Notes under the pieces: model-generated | Database searches by the model: none | What the model saw: only the letters and a program-made list of their open reading frames with translations | What the model was told of the DNA's origin: nothing | Virus record (IMG/VR): IMGVR_UViG_3300035665_002234 | DNA from: an uncultured virus (IMG/VR IMGVR_UViG_3300035665_002234) | Taxonomy: Duplodnaviria > Heunggongvirae > Uroviricota > Caudoviricetes | Reading direction: 5' to 3' (one strand) | DNA: 54,422 nucleotides | Shown: positions 40,998 to 51,362 of the stretch, in pieces | Position numbering within the stretch: the first letter of the stretch is position 1 | How the letters are laid out: every line of letters begins with the position of its first letter | Translations under genes and position numbers: made by a program

Positions 40998-41698
40998 TTA
41001 ATGTTGTTATACAAATTGTATAATCTTACATAATTGATTTTAGAAAACTCTTCACCTTTAATTTGGTTAATAGTTTCCTGTAATTTTTTTGTTGTGATAT
41101 CATCCATAGATTCATTAATACCACTTAATGAATGAATTGTTTTTACTTTTAAATCTTCAAATTCTTTTGACAATTCCACATCTTCAGTCATCAATACTTT
41201 AGATAAATCTCTTTTTGAATCTTCATCTAAATTTTCAATGTAAGAACTAATTTCTTTATTGGCGATATTCAATAAAGTTTCCATTGGTAGTTGTATTGCA
41301 GTTTTAACTTCAGTAGTTTCACTTAAAGTCTTAATTAAAGTTTTTCTGCTTTCAACATTCTCCATAATTTTATCAGGAGAATTGTAAATTAAATTATCAA
41401 TATCTTTGTAATTATTTTCACTTACAACATCTTTAACCCAATATTCAATTTTTTGAGTATTTAATTTTGGAATAATTTTTTCTACTTGTCTTAAAGATTC
41501 ATTGATGTAAGATTCAGATAAAGTTTTATCATAACCTTTTTTCTTGGACAATTCAGTATAGATATAAAACATTGTACTGGCATTTTTATTTTCCAATACT
41601 AATTTTTTAAAGTTTTTTAACTCTATTTTTGTTGTTTCATTCACATAAGAATTAATCATTAATCCTTCTATCTTGCTAAGTAATTGTCCAAATTTCAT
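40994..41698 (-). CDS. Hypothetical protein downstream of the portal
   Basis: Likely start MKFGQ at 41698 (preceded by TATTTATT) rather than 41719. Confidence 0.7.
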   Translation of the reverse strand: MKFGQLLSKIEGLMINSYVNETTKIELKNFKKLVLENKNASTMFYIYTELSKKKGYDKTLSESYINESLRQVEKIIPKLNTQKIEYWVKDVVSENNYKDIDNLIYNSPDKIMENVESRKTLIKTLSETTEVKTAIQLPMETLLNIANKEISSYIENLDEDSKRDLSKVLMTEDVELSKEFEDLKVKTIHSLSGINESMDDITTKKLQETINQIKGEEFSKINYVRLYNLYNNIN

Positions 41699-41711
41699 AT
41701 TAATAAATATA

Positions 41712-43523
41712 TCAATCAATCAGTTTTCCTAATTGTTCTTCAATAATACCCAAAGAACGTCTACCTCTTTCCAAATCAATTTCTTCAACACCGTAAACAT
41801 TATCTCTTTCTAATAATATATTCATATTCTTTTTAACGGACTCTGGGGTAATTGCAGTTTCACCTTCTGCCGGTGGAAGTTCACCTCCTGCCGGTGGAGC
41901 TCCACCTAAGTCAGCCCCAAATTCACCACCTTCAGCTGGTGGGGTTGTTGGTGCTGTTGTTCCTGACGTATTACCATAAAGTTTGTCGATATTATCAAAT
42001 AATCCTGTATGTGTTATAACATTTGGTGTTGCTTCAATTTCAGCGGCAACTGCCTTTTCAACTCTTTGTTGTTGTAAATCAAGTTTAATATCTTCATCAG
42101 AGAAACCAAGAATATGTTTCTTAGCCCATGTTTGAGATGTTGGTGCAATACCTTCAACTTTTGTTACGGCATCTTTATACAATAACATTTTTTCTTTCCA
42201 AACATCAATTGTTAATAAGTCCGCTTGTTTAGATGGGTTAGTTAAACTTAACTGAAATGAATTTAATTCATCTTCAAAACCTAATAAAAATAAGTGAACA
42301 ATTGCAATCTTGTTAAGTTCCGCAACCATAGACTTTTGAATTCTATTAATTGTTCTTGCAAAACGAATATCCTGTAATGATAAATTTCTACCATCACCAA
42401 CAACTTCTTCAAAACCTAAAAACGCTTTTGGAATTCTTAACGCTGTTAATAATTTCTTTTGAATATATTCAATATCCGCAATTTCGGATAAGTTTGTTGC
42501 TCCTGGTAAAGTTTCAATTGGGTTTGGAGACGATGGGTCTCTTACAGGTACAAAGAAATCTTGGTCAACCGCCATTTGATTGAATCTCATATCTACGTTT
42601 CCTGTTTGTGGGTCAGTAATTTGGTCTTTCTTAAATTGTTGTGCAAATCTTTGTACGTATGGTTGAATATCTGCGTCATCCATGTTACCAACAAACACCT
42701 TAAATACACGTCTTTCAGGTGCTCTTGATGTTCTATATACCAACATTGCATCTTCAGCAAGAATTAATTGTTTCCAAATTCTTCTTGCCTTTTCCAACAT
42801 GGCGGTACCATATGGAAGTTTTCTATCATCACCCAATAATCTAAAGTGTGCTATTTCCCAACTATTAAATTCCAAACTTTTGTTTTTCCAAGTAAATGTT
42901 AAACTTTTAGCATCACTACCTGAAGCAACAGCTCCACCCATACCTGAAGTTGCTTTACCTTTCATACCAACTTCAATACGTTCAATTTCAATGTTTGGTA
43001 ATTGTAAACAACCAACAACACCTCTTTCAGGGTCTAACTTTAAAAACACGAAGTTGTCACCATATTTTGCGGTATTACGTGTCCACATTGGTAAGTTTGT
43101 ATTAATGTCCAATGCGTTATTAAACAAATCTCCTAATACAGCCTTAATTCTTGGAGAATCGGAGTATATTTGTAACATGTAACCATTCTCGTCAACTGTA
43201 GTAGATTCTTCAGCGTATGTATCCAAAGCCGCTGAAATTTCGGGAGTATACTCCATTGACTCATAATCATAGTATGATGCCAATCTTGTTGGTTGATAAT
43301 AAACTGCTTGAGAATATAAATTATTTTCAATTTTAGCCCATTGGCTTGTAATATAATAAGTCTGTCTGGCTTGAAGTTTTTGTTTTTCATATTCTTCTTT
43401 GTCAGTAGTTCTTAATAGTTCTTTTTTATCAAACTTATAAGTAGGTATGTCTTGACCCAACAATGAATTTGGTCCAAGTTCTTGGGACAATCGTTGCCAT
43501 ATTGTCAAGTTTTTTTCTTCCAT
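41712..43523 (-). CDS. Portal protein (T4 gp20-like)
   Basis: PEISAALD, EDAMLVYRTSRAPERRVF.V.VGNM, DFFVP.R, IETLPG..NL.EI.DIEY.QKKL..AL.IP. Confidence 0.92.
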   Translation of the reverse strand: MEEKNLTIWQRLSQELGPNSLLGQDIPTYKFDKKELLRTTDKEEYEKQKLQARQTYYITSQWAKIENNLYSQAVYYQPTRLASYYDYESMEYTPEISAALDTYAEESTTVDENGYMLQIYSDSPRIKAVLGDLFNNALDINTNLPMWTRNTAKYGDNFVFLKLDPERGVVGCLQLPNIEIERIEVGMKGKATSGMGGAVASGSDAKSLTFTWKNKSLEFNSWEIAHFRLLGDDRKLPYGTAMLEKARRIWKQLILAEDAMLVYRTSRAPERRVFKVFVGNMDDADIQPYVQRFAQQFKKDQITDPQTGNVDMRFNQMAVDQDFFVPVRDPSSPNPIETLPGATNLSEIADIEYIQKKLLTALRIPKAFLGFEEVVGDGRNLSLQDIRFARTINRIQKSMVAELNKIAIVHLFLLGFEDELNSFQLSLTNPSKQADLLTIDVWKEKMLLYKDAVTKVEGIAPTSQTWAKKHILGFSDEDIKLDLQQQRVEKAVAAEIEATPNVITHTGLFDNIDKLYGNTSGTTAPTTPPAEGGEFGADLGGAPPAGGELPPAEGETAITPESVKKNMNILLERDNVYGVEEIDLERGRRSLGIIEEQLGKLID

Positions 43524-43553
43524 AGTAAAAAGTTAATATATATGTATTTTTTA

Positions 43554-45323
43554 TCAACGCTTATATCCGCCGAACACCCATAAATAGTCTTGATAATCCT
43601 TTTGTGTTGGTTGATTTTGATAAGCAATATTTGTTTTATATTGTTTATTTGGCATTGATGGATTAAAATATTGTTCTTTTGGTGGGTCATAAGATGTAAC
43701 CTGCCAAGACTCCAACATTGTTTTTGCTTGTTGTGTAACCTTTGTAAGTTGTGAAAAAGATGAATCTGACACATATACAGCCATCGCCAATGACATAATT
43801 AAATCATCATGTTGTCCCTTCATGTGGTCAGGTCTTCCATTGATGTAAACAAACGTATTCATTTCATTCAACATTCGTGATGAATGAACTTTTAAACCAT
43901 GTCTTAAACTTTCTTCAAGTGCAGCAATAATTTGAACCCTTTTGTTGTTAAAGTTAATACCAGGTATTTTTTCAGCTGCCTTTGGGTCGTATTTCCACTT
44001 GTTCCCAAAATCAACACCATCAACATATAAATCTTTATATCCAAGTTCCTGTAGTTTTCTTGCCGTTGCAACCCCCATACCACCCGTGATATCAATTACG
44101 ATAAAACAGTTGTACATATTACCCCATTTGTAGGCAATCTCCGCTAATACATCAGGAGGAAGTTTTCCAACATATTCAGCAACTTGTTCCCTTTCATCAA
44201 AATCATAAATTTGAAATGTTGAATAATCTTCAGAATCCCCACGAGAAACGTCCACACCCATAATATATCTGTGACCCATTTCAGGTTCTTTCCATATCCA
44301 AAGTCCACCACCCATCATTTTATTGATAGGTTCTTTAATCATATTATCAGTAATGTTCTTAATTAAATTAGCATCAAATACGTTATCACCCGAACCCAAG
44401 AAATTACATTCCAATTCCTGAGAAACCTTACGTTTGTCGTACTTAAGTTTTTTAACCATCGCCTCAAACCAAGACGAACATGGTTTATAACCTAAATCAA
44501 AATAAGCCTTTAACTCATCGTAGTTTCTTTCGTAGGGGTCACGACCTGAAAAATCAATAACCCTATCGGCAGTATATTCTTCACGGTTTAATAGATAATG
44601 AATAATCTCATCCGTTTTAACCAAATACAAATCTTTTGTATAACGTGGGTCACGATACCAAAACATTTCTGTTATTTTGAAATCGTTCATCCCACGATTG
44701 GCCTGTTCGTAGATTTCATAGTAAATTGGGTCATATCCGTTTGGTGTTGATACAACAACAACTTTACCACCCGTAGACAATGAAGCCATACAGGCAGCCC
44801 AGAAATCACCATCTGCTTCAATATACGCAGCTTCGTCAAATATCAACATAGTAGGGGTATAACCACGAAGTGCATCCTTTGATGTTGCAACCGCCTTTAC
44901 TTCACAACCATTTGTTAATTTAAAGTGTCTTGCTGCGTTTTTATCGGGAGAGAACCCTACACCTACCCAAGAAGGCCATTGTTCGGTAAATCCACGGATT
45001 TTGTTTGCCATTTCCACGGCAGTATCCAATTTGTTTGCAATAATCAAAACCTTTTCAGGTCTTTGTTTTGATGCAAATACAAGTCTTTTACTTGCCCAAG
45101 CCGCAGTCACGGTAGATACACCCGCCTGACGGTATTTTAACGCAATATTTTCGTTGTATTTTTCATAATCCTCAACCAAATTAACTTGGTCAGGAAATAA
45201 CTCTAATGGGACGTATCTTGACTGAGTGTTATCATAAGTCTGAAGATACGTCTTAAGAGCGTATGGTGTATTCTTCATACACCTTGAATATTCTAATAGT
45301 AATTGTTCTCTGGTTAAACCCAT
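43554..45323 (-). CDS. Terminase large subunit (T4 gp17-like)
   Basis: KYRQAGVST Walker A variant, LIFDEAA Walker B, VSTPNG, QELEC.F, GVDVSRG.S.DYS, HDDLIMS. Confidence 0.92.
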   Translation of the reverse strand: MGLTREQLLLEYSRCMKNTPYALKTYLQTYDNTQSRYVPLELFPDQVNLVEDYEKYNENIALKYRQAGVSTVTAAWASKRLVFASKQRPEKVLIIANKLDTAVEMANKIRGFTEQWPSWVGVGFSPDKNAARHFKLTNGCEVKAVATSKDALRGYTPTMLIFDEAAYIEADGDFWAACMASLSTGGKVVVVSTPNGYDPIYYEIYEQANRGMNDFKITEMFWYRDPRYTKDLYLVKTDEIIHYLLNREEYTADRVIDFSGRDPYERNYDELKAYFDLGYKPCSSWFEAMVKKLKYDKRKVSQELECNFLGSGDNVFDANLIKNITDNMIKEPINKMMGGGLWIWKEPEMGHRYIMGVDVSRGDSEDYSTFQIYDFDEREQVAEYVGKLPPDVLAEIAYKWGNMYNCFIVIDITGGMGVATARKLQELGYKDLYVDGVDFGNKWKYDPKAAEKIPGINFNNKRVQIIAALEESLRHGLKVHSSRMLNEMNTFVYINGRPDHMKGQHDDLIMSLAMAVYVSDSSFSQLTKVTQQAKTMLESWQVTSYDPPKEQYFNPSMPNKQYKTNIAYQNQPTQKDYQDYLWVFGGYKR

Positions 45324-45335
45324 AAAAGGTTAGTG

Positions 45336-46631
45336 TTAGGACCTGTCAATACCTAAACTACCTAAGAAATCATCTAAATCACTCAAATCATCATCGTCAG
45401 GACCCATAGTGTCACCATCTTCATCAGTATCATAGTCTTCGTCATCATCACTATGTACTTCATTCAAATGAGCCACAATCTCCTTAACCATTCTGTCTAA
45501 GATTGATGTTGCTTTTGCATCACCTCTTAAAATCATTTTTGCTAATTTGAAAAACTCATCAGCAGAAAGTGCTGAAAATCTTGCAAAGAGGTAGTTTTGT
45601 ATGAATTTTTTATCTTCTTCAAATAATTCTTCAGGATATGCTGCCAAGAATTTTTCCCACAATATTGGACCAATTCTTAAATCCCAAATCTCATTTGATA
45701 AGCTGTCAGTTGATGCCATGACCATTTCGGCTTGTTTTGGGTCGTCAGGAAGACCTTGAGTACCCAAGATTTCCATTGTACCTTTAATTAACTCGTGAAT
45801 TAATATAGGAAAAAATACACCTGTTGCTTTAACTGTTGGGGGGTCAGTTTGAATATCAACCTCTTCCTTACCACCAACACCACCTTGACTCATCATCATG
45901 TCCATCATCTCATCAGGTAATACCCAATACAATAAATCATTTACAGACATAACAACACCGTACAAATTTAATAAGTCGGGGTCAACTCTATCTAATTCAT
46001 CTCTAACTAATTCAAACATGTAATGTCCTTTTTTAGACGAACCTTGAATTAATGCGTTAATAAATCTTCTTTTTGCCTTTTCAATATCAAATCTTTCAAA
46101 TGCTGAAATAAAATCTTCAAGGTCTTCTTCTTTTTCTTGGAAATTCTGTTCAACTTCTTCGTCTTCAGGTTCTTCACCTTGTTTTTGAAAACCAGACATA
46201 TCAATTTGACCTGGCATTACAAGTTCAGCAACATAATTAATTTGGTCTGGTCGTACACCCATTTCTTTTCTAACCAAATCAATCGCCAAATTTTCAAGAT
46301 ATTCTTTATGAGCCATTTGTTTTTGTAACAATTGCATGGCCATAGTCATCATCATTCTTTGTAATTGTTGTAAAGCGTTTCCTCTTGATATGTCAGCACC
46401 AGCGTTTGGTACATAACGTCTAACTTTAGCAACAACATCTTTAAATCTTTTAGAAGCAACTAATTCTTCAAATGTCTCAGGTAAATTACCCTGTTCAATA
46501 TTTGGAAATGCTGGATTTGTAGATAATGGAGTTCCTTTTGAAAGAATTGTTCTTTCAATATCAGGTGACATTCTTTCAGGTCTATCTCCATAATCAATTG
46601 GAGCTTCTCTAACGATTTGTTTCTTTTTCAT
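45336..46631 (-). CDS. Hypothetical protein
   Basis: 431 aa helical ORF upstream of the terminase; acidic tail. Confidence 0.75.
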   Translation of the reverse strand: MKKKQIVREAPIDYGDRPERMSPDIERTILSKGTPLSTNPAFPNIEQGNLPETFEELVASKRFKDVVAKVRRYVPNAGADISRGNALQQLQRMMMTMAMQLLQKQMAHKEYLENLAIDLVRKEMGVRPDQINYVAELVMPGQIDMSGFQKQGEEPEDEEVEQNFQEKEEDLEDFISAFERFDIEKAKRRFINALIQGSSKKGHYMFELVRDELDRVDPDLLNLYGVVMSVNDLLYWVLPDEMMDMMMSQGGVGGKEEVDIQTDPPTVKATGVFFPILIHELIKGTMEILGTQGLPDDPKQAEMVMASTDSLSNEIWDLRIGPILWEKFLAAYPEELFEEDKKFIQNYLFARFSALSADEFFKLAKMILRGDAKATSILDRMVKEIVAHLNEVHSDDDEDYDTDEDGDTMGPDDDDLSDLDDFLGSLGIDRS

Positions 46632-47620
46632 TATTGGTTTTTAAAGTCAATTTTTAATTGGTCAAATTCTAAATAATCAGGAATCTTAACAGTACCCATT
46701 TTTGGAGCTTCAGTAGACGCCTTTGGTTTTGGTTGATGTTTTGGGTTTTTAAAAGGGTCAGAAGTATTTGGTTTTTCTTTAGTACCAGGTTTTACTCTTG
46801 TAGGTGCTGGTGCTGTTTTTGTACCTTGTTCATCCATTTTTTCCGCTTTTGGTTTTGGTTGATGTTTTGGGTTTTTAAAAGGGTCCATTTTACCAGGTTT
46901 TTCTTTTTCTTTAGTACCAGGTTTTACTCTTGTAGGTGCTGGTGCTGTTTTTGTACCTTGTTCCATAGCTTCTTTTTTAGAAACATATGTGTTTTTATTT
47001 GATTTGTCCATTTTTGTTTCATCAACAAATCCAATCATACTATTTTTAAATGGACGAGAAATTATTCCTTGTTCACTCAAAGTATTTAATAAATCAATTT
47101 TAGAAATTTTTGGTGATATATGTTTTTCAACCATTCTTAATAAAGAAGACTCAACAATTGGTAAATAAGGATTTTTACCTTCTTTAATATTTCTTTTTAC
47201 ATCCATCACACATCTTTCAAATTTTTTCTTATCTTCTCTACCAACTGATGAGGTACAAATCGCATATGGGTTATATTTTGATTTTTTCTTCGCTTCGCTA
47301 ATATCTTCTTCTTTGTCAATACCATCATCACCTTCATCATCCATACCATCAGGTGCTTGTACTTGATGTGGTTCTTGAGTAGTTTGACCAAGTTTTGAAT
47401 CACTTTTATCAACTTCTACACCTTGCTCATAAACTTCAAAAGGTTTTTTCTCGTTTTTTAATTTATCAATTGTTGCGGTGTCAGTTTTTGGTACCATTGT
47501 TATTTCAGATACCATCATTTTATGCAATTGATTGATTTGACCTTCATTCATTGTTAATAACAATTTATGGCTCAATCCACGTTCCATTAGTTGTTTAATT
47601 TTTTTATTTTTCATATACAA
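46631..47620 (-). CDS. Hypothetical protein with a duplicated basic/Pro-rich module
   Basis: EQGTKTAPAPTRVKPGTKEK...DPFKNPKHQPKPKA occurs twice. Confidence 0.75.
   Translation of the reverse strand: MYMKNKKIKQLMERGLSHKLLLTMNEGQINQLHKMMVSEITMVPKTDTATIDKLKNEKKPFEVYEQGVEVDKSDSKLGQTTQEPHQVQAPDGMDDEGDDGIDKEEDISEAKKKSKYNPYAICTSSVGREDKKKFERCVMDVKRNIKEGKNPYLPIVESSLLRMVEKHISPKISKIDLLNTLSEQGIISRPFKNSMIGFVDETKMDKSNKNTYVSKKEAMEQGTKTAPAPTRVKPGTKEKEKPGKMDPFKNPKHQPKPKAEKMDEQGTKTAPAPTRVKPGTKEKPNTSDPFKNPKHQPKPKASTEAPKMGTVKIPDYLEFDQLKIDFKNQ
46719..46963. repeat. Two-copy intragenic direct repeat (~115-120 bp)
   Basis: Near-identical blocks at ~46719-46831 and ~46845-46963. Confidence 0.85.
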
Positions 47621-48002
47621 CGTCTTTTTCTAATTCTAAAATAATGTCTCTTTCGTACAATTTATCTTTTACTTTCTGTTCTGAATCTCCGAAACGAAAA
47701 ACAAGACGGGTCTCATCTTCACAACTTTCATCTTTTTCCCAGGCTAACGCAATTACATCTTCCATTGCGTCTGTGACTCCCATAAAATCAGAGTCCTGTA
47801 TAAGTTCAAGTTGGACCACCGTATTCTTCAGTAGTCCAACTTTCTTTATATATTTTAATTCAGGTGGTTGTGGGTAACCATGTGCTGGTCTTGAATCCCA
47901 ATTTTCACCCCAAACGTCTAATTCATCACTAAAGATAAATTCATACATGTTATCTCCTCTATAATTTGGACCAAGTCCATTAATATAGATTAAATGACTC
48001 AT
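47604..48002 (-). CDS. Hypothetical protein
   Basis: 132 aa ORF overlapping both neighbours. Confidence 0.7.
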   Translation of the reverse strand: MSHLIYINGLGPNYRGDNMYEFIFSDELDVWGENWDSRPAHGYPQPPELKYIKKVGLLKNTVVQLELIQDSDFMGVTDAMEDVIALAWEKDESCEDETRLVFRFGDSEQKVKDKLYERDIILELEKDVVYEK

Positions 48003-49468
48003 AAAACTTCACCTTTTGGTGTTACTCTAATTTGTTCTCCGTTGTGTTCAAACACTAAATTACTTTTGTTTGTCTTACCAACGAATTTAAAATTATTATT
48101 TTCTTTCAAGATAAATTCAGACGCCAATTCTTGTTCGTAAGTTTCTGACAATTGTTTAACTTTACCCATTATTTGTAATTTTGACTCAACAAGTTTTTTA
48201 CTTTTTGTTTTTTGTTCATTTTCATTTACAACAAAATATGATGATAAAACCTTATCAACTTTAGATTCACTAAAAATTTCATCCATAATTTTAGAAACAT
48301 GAGAATTAACTTTGTCTTCTTCAGACATTTCACTTCCCATTCTTTTAACTCTAACTTTCATTGGACCGAATTTTTCTTTGTATGCGTTGAACATTCTTTC
48401 ACCCTCAGGTCCTTTTTGAAACATCGCATTATTACTATGTTTTTTCATCATTGGTTCAAATTCATCAAACTCTTCCTCATCAAAATCAAAGTCAAAACCA
48501 CCTGTATATGGTCTATCTTTTTCATCGTACCATTCATCGTTTTTAAATGAACCATACATACCTTCTTCCATTTCACCTTCAATTGGTTCTTCCATGTCCA
48601 TATCCATGTCCATATCTACATCCATATCTTCGTCATCACCCATAGAACCCATATCCATATCTGAATCATAATCAGATTCTTGGTCTTCTTCAAATTTTGA
48701 CATAATATCTTCTTGGTCTTCTTCGTCAAGTTTGCTCAAATCCAATGCTGACAATAATGAATTAATAACATACTTAACATCCTCAGAAGTCATTCCCATA
48801 GAATCATTCATCATTCTGATTTTTTGACCCAATTTGCCTGTAAGTTTTTGAATAGTTTTAAAAGTAACATCTTCTTCACCATCCATTGGTTCTTCTTCAG
48901 AACTCATATCCATATCCATATCACCTTCAGGTGTATCTAATTCCATGTCCATATCCATTTCATCACCAGCTGACATATCCAAAGATGCGTCATCTAATGG
49001 TGAGTCCATTGAACCTTCTTCAGGTGCAGGAGCAGGTGGTGGAAGTTCAGCTGCCGGTTCTGGCATTGGTGCCGGTGCCGGTGCCTTAGGAGTTTTTAAT
49101 GTGAATTTTTTTTGTTCTGAAATTTGATACATTGAAACCTCTTCTTCGTTTTCAACAAGTCTATTAATTTCACCTGCCATAAGGTTTAATCTTTTTAATG
49201 CTTGTGAATAAGAACGATAATACGTTCTATTTTTCATTGGCTCAATGTAATCCAAAGATTCATCAATTCTTTTCTTTATGATGTAACCAGTTTTTTCTTT
49301 TACAATCTCATACTGATGACCATCTGCTAACGTTTTTTCAAACTCCACTCTTGAAGTTTCATTAATGTTAGATGGTGCGGTTTCTTTATATCTAGAAATT
49401 TCAAGGATTCTATTGATTTTATCTTGTCCTTGTAATCTCTCACTTCCGATTGGTTTTAAGTCAGCCAT
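47999..49468 (-). CDS. Acidic low-complexity protein, possibly a prohead core/internal protein
   Basis: D/E/M-rich tracts (DMDMDMD) similar in composition to the scaffold at 37585..39174. Confidence 0.6.
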   Translation of the reverse strand: MADLKPIGSERLQGQDKINRILEISRYKETAPSNINETSRVEFEKTLADGHQYEIVKEKTGYIIKKRIDESLDYIEPMKNRTYYRSYSQALKRLNLMAGEINRLVENEEEVSMYQISEQKKFTLKTPKAPAPAPMPEPAAELPPPAPAPEEGSMDSPLDDASLDMSAGDEMDMDMELDTPEGDMDMDMSSEEEPMDGEEDVTFKTIQKLTGKLGQKIRMMNDSMGMTSEDVKYVINSLLSALDLSKLDEEDQEDIMSKFEEDQESDYDSDMDMGSMGDDEDMDVDMDMDMDMEEPIEGEMEEGMYGSFKNDEWYDEKDRPYTGGFDFDFDEEEFDEFEPMMKKHSNNAMFQKGPEGERMFNAYKEKFGPMKVRVKRMGSEMSEEDKVNSHVSKIMDEIFSESKVDKVLSSYFVVNENEQKTKSKKLVESKLQIMGKVKQLSETYEQELASEFILKENNNFKFVGKTNKSNLVFEHNGEQIRVTPKGEVL

Positions 49469-49492
49469 TTTTATATTTTTTGTTTTTTATGT

Positions 49493-50296
49493 TTAAGAGT
49501 TTAATCCATTAAATCCACCAAGAGCAACTGAGTCAACTTGGACTACAGACCTTCCTTGTGCATTTGAATATATTGCGTGTGGTAATGCTTGTGTAAATGT
49601 ATCACCTGAACATGTAATACAATCTTCATATACTATTGTTCCACCTTGTGTATTAGTTGTTCCACCTGTAAGTGCAAATCCACTTAATGATGGTGTTGGT
49701 GTTTGTGTATTAGTAGGTGTATTTGTTGGTGTAACAGTTGGTGTAACAGTTGGTGTTACTGTTCTTGTAGGGGTAATACTTGGTGTAACCGAAGGTGTTG
49801 CCGTATTAGTTGGTGTAACTGTAGGTGTTACCGTTCTAGTAGGTGTTACCGTGTTAGTAGGTGTTACCGTGTTAGTCGGTGTAACACTTGGTGTTTGAGT
49901 ATTAGTTGGTGTTTGAGTATTGGTAGGTGTTGCCGTATTAGTTGGTGTAACTGTAGGTGTTACCGTTCTAGTGGGTGTTTGTGTAACCGTTGGTGTTACC
50001 GTATTAGTCGGTGTAACACTTGGTGTTGGTGTATTTGTCTGTGTAACTGTTGGTGTTGGAGTTTGAGTTGTTGCGTTAAGACAGTCAGGACAACTATTAA
50101 CAAAAGAATCTGCCGATGCTACTGAATTTATTGTGGTTGGACTTGTTGTAATACTTCCAACAGTAAAACATCCACCAGGAGTGTCTCCATTAAAAGTTAA
50201 ATAATATACTTGATTACCAATTACTGGTAATTCGCCAAAATTTGTTACGTAATCCCCTGAGGTACAACTGGAAATATTTCTTAAAACAACTGCCAT
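49493..50296 (-). CDS. Mucin-like Thr-Pro repeat protein
   Basis: Cys-containing N-domain, ~125 aa (T-x)n tract including PTVTPTVT, C-terminal CITC-containing domain; likely start MAVVLR at 50296. Confidence 0.75.
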   Translation of the reverse strand: MAVVLRNISSCTSGDYVTNFGELPVIGNQVYYLTFNGDTPGGCFTVGSITTSPTTINSVASADSFVNSCPDCLNATTQTPTPTVTQTNTPTPSVTPTNTVTPTVTQTPTRTVTPTVTPTNTATPTNTQTPTNTQTPSVTPTNTVTPTNTVTPTRTVTPTVTPTNTATPSVTPSITPTRTVTPTVTPTVTPTNTPTNTQTPTPSLSGFALTGGTTNTQGGTIVYEDCITCSGDTFTQALPHAIYSNAQGRSVVQVDSVALGGFNGLNS

Positions 50297-50338
50297 AATT
50301 TTACTATATAAATATAGCAATAATGGCAAATTGTTAAA

Positions 50339-51091
50339 TTATTCTACGTCAGTATTTTCAATAGATAAATTTTTATCCATTAATTTGTTTTTAAAGTTGA
50401 ATAATTTGTCTATATATCCGTTTCTACGGAGAAATTTAAAGACCAAATTTTCGTATGAGAACTCACCATCTTTTTCCAAACCTGATGACCTATACTTCTT
50501 TAATTTTTCTTTAAAACTGTCAATATGTTTTACAGCTTTTTCATAATTCTCACTTTTGGAATCCTCAATTGCATTATCAATTTTTGACATCATTGAATTT
50601 GCCTTTGATAATAACATTTCTTTATCAATTTTTACACTTTCTTTTTCAGGTTTGTGAACCCAAGTATCAAACATAACGGAATAGACACCGGTTGAAAAAC
50701 TGAATCCGTCAATGTCTTCAGCATATAATTCCACATCAAAACCTTTTACGGTAATATTGTGGGTAGTATTAAATAAAGTTTTTTTAAGTTTGAATAATTC
50801 TTTATAAACTTCAACATCTTCAACATCAAATTGTGAGAAGTCAACATAAAGGTGTAAATCAATATCTGAAAACTTGGACCAATTATAGTTTGCTAGTGAA
50901 CCAGTAAATCTAACATCATCAACAAATAAATCATCACCCAAGAAATCCATAAATTCTCCGGCAATCATTAACAACGCTTTTCTAATTTGTGGTTTTAATT
51001 TTGGTTCATCGCTTTCAACATCATCCCATATTTGAGGGTTCAATGTTTCTTGGGTTCCAAAAGAAGATAATATTTCTGAGTATTTATCCAT
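50339..51091 (-). CDS. Pol-beta-superfamily nucleotidyltransferase
   Basis: FTGSLANYNWSKFSDIDLH (hGS...DxD) and a third acidic residue in DVELY. Confidence 0.75.
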   Translation of the reverse strand: MDKYSEILSSFGTQETLNPQIWDDVESDEPKLKPQIRKALLMIAGEFMDFLGDDLFVDDVRFTGSLANYNWSKFSDIDLHLYVDFSQFDVEDVEVYKELFKLKKTLFNTTHNITVKGFDVELYAEDIDGFSFSTGVYSVMFDTWVHKPEKESVKIDKEMLLSKANSMMSKIDNAIEDSKSENYEKAVKHIDSFKEKLKKYRSSGLEKDGEFSYENLVFKFLRRNGYIDKLFNFKNKLMDKNLSIENTDVE

Positions 51092-51116
51092 CCTATATAA
51101 ATACTCAAGTTTTTAT

Positions 51117-51362
51117 TTAAGGTAATTTTTTGTATTTGTATACTTTTGAAATTTTGGAATTGAAATATTTTCCTTGTGATTCTGACAATCTGAATTCTGC
51201 ATATACATTGTGTGGTACATCTTCATATTCATAACGTGTACCATTTTTAAATTCTGTTATCATTGTTTTGTCTGCGGTATCGTATTCAGTTCTAATAATA
51301 TTAGATGAATTAATTTCATTAAGAATTTTTGTACCTTTTATTTCTTGTCTTCCTACTGCCAT
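51117..51362 (-). CDS. KTSC-domain protein
   Basis: SSNI...YD......EFKNG..YEY.DVP..VY..F..SES.GKYFN..I. Confidence 0.88.
   Translation of the reverse strand: MAVGRQEIKGTKILNEINSSNIIRTEYDTADKTMITEFKNGTRYEYEDVPHNVYAEFRLSESQGKYFNSKISKVYKYKKLP

Noticed and set aside
45336..46631. HELIKG as a possible HExxH metalloprotease motif, or this gene as the small terminase
   Set aside because: The second His is absent, and neither size nor motifs support a small terminase.
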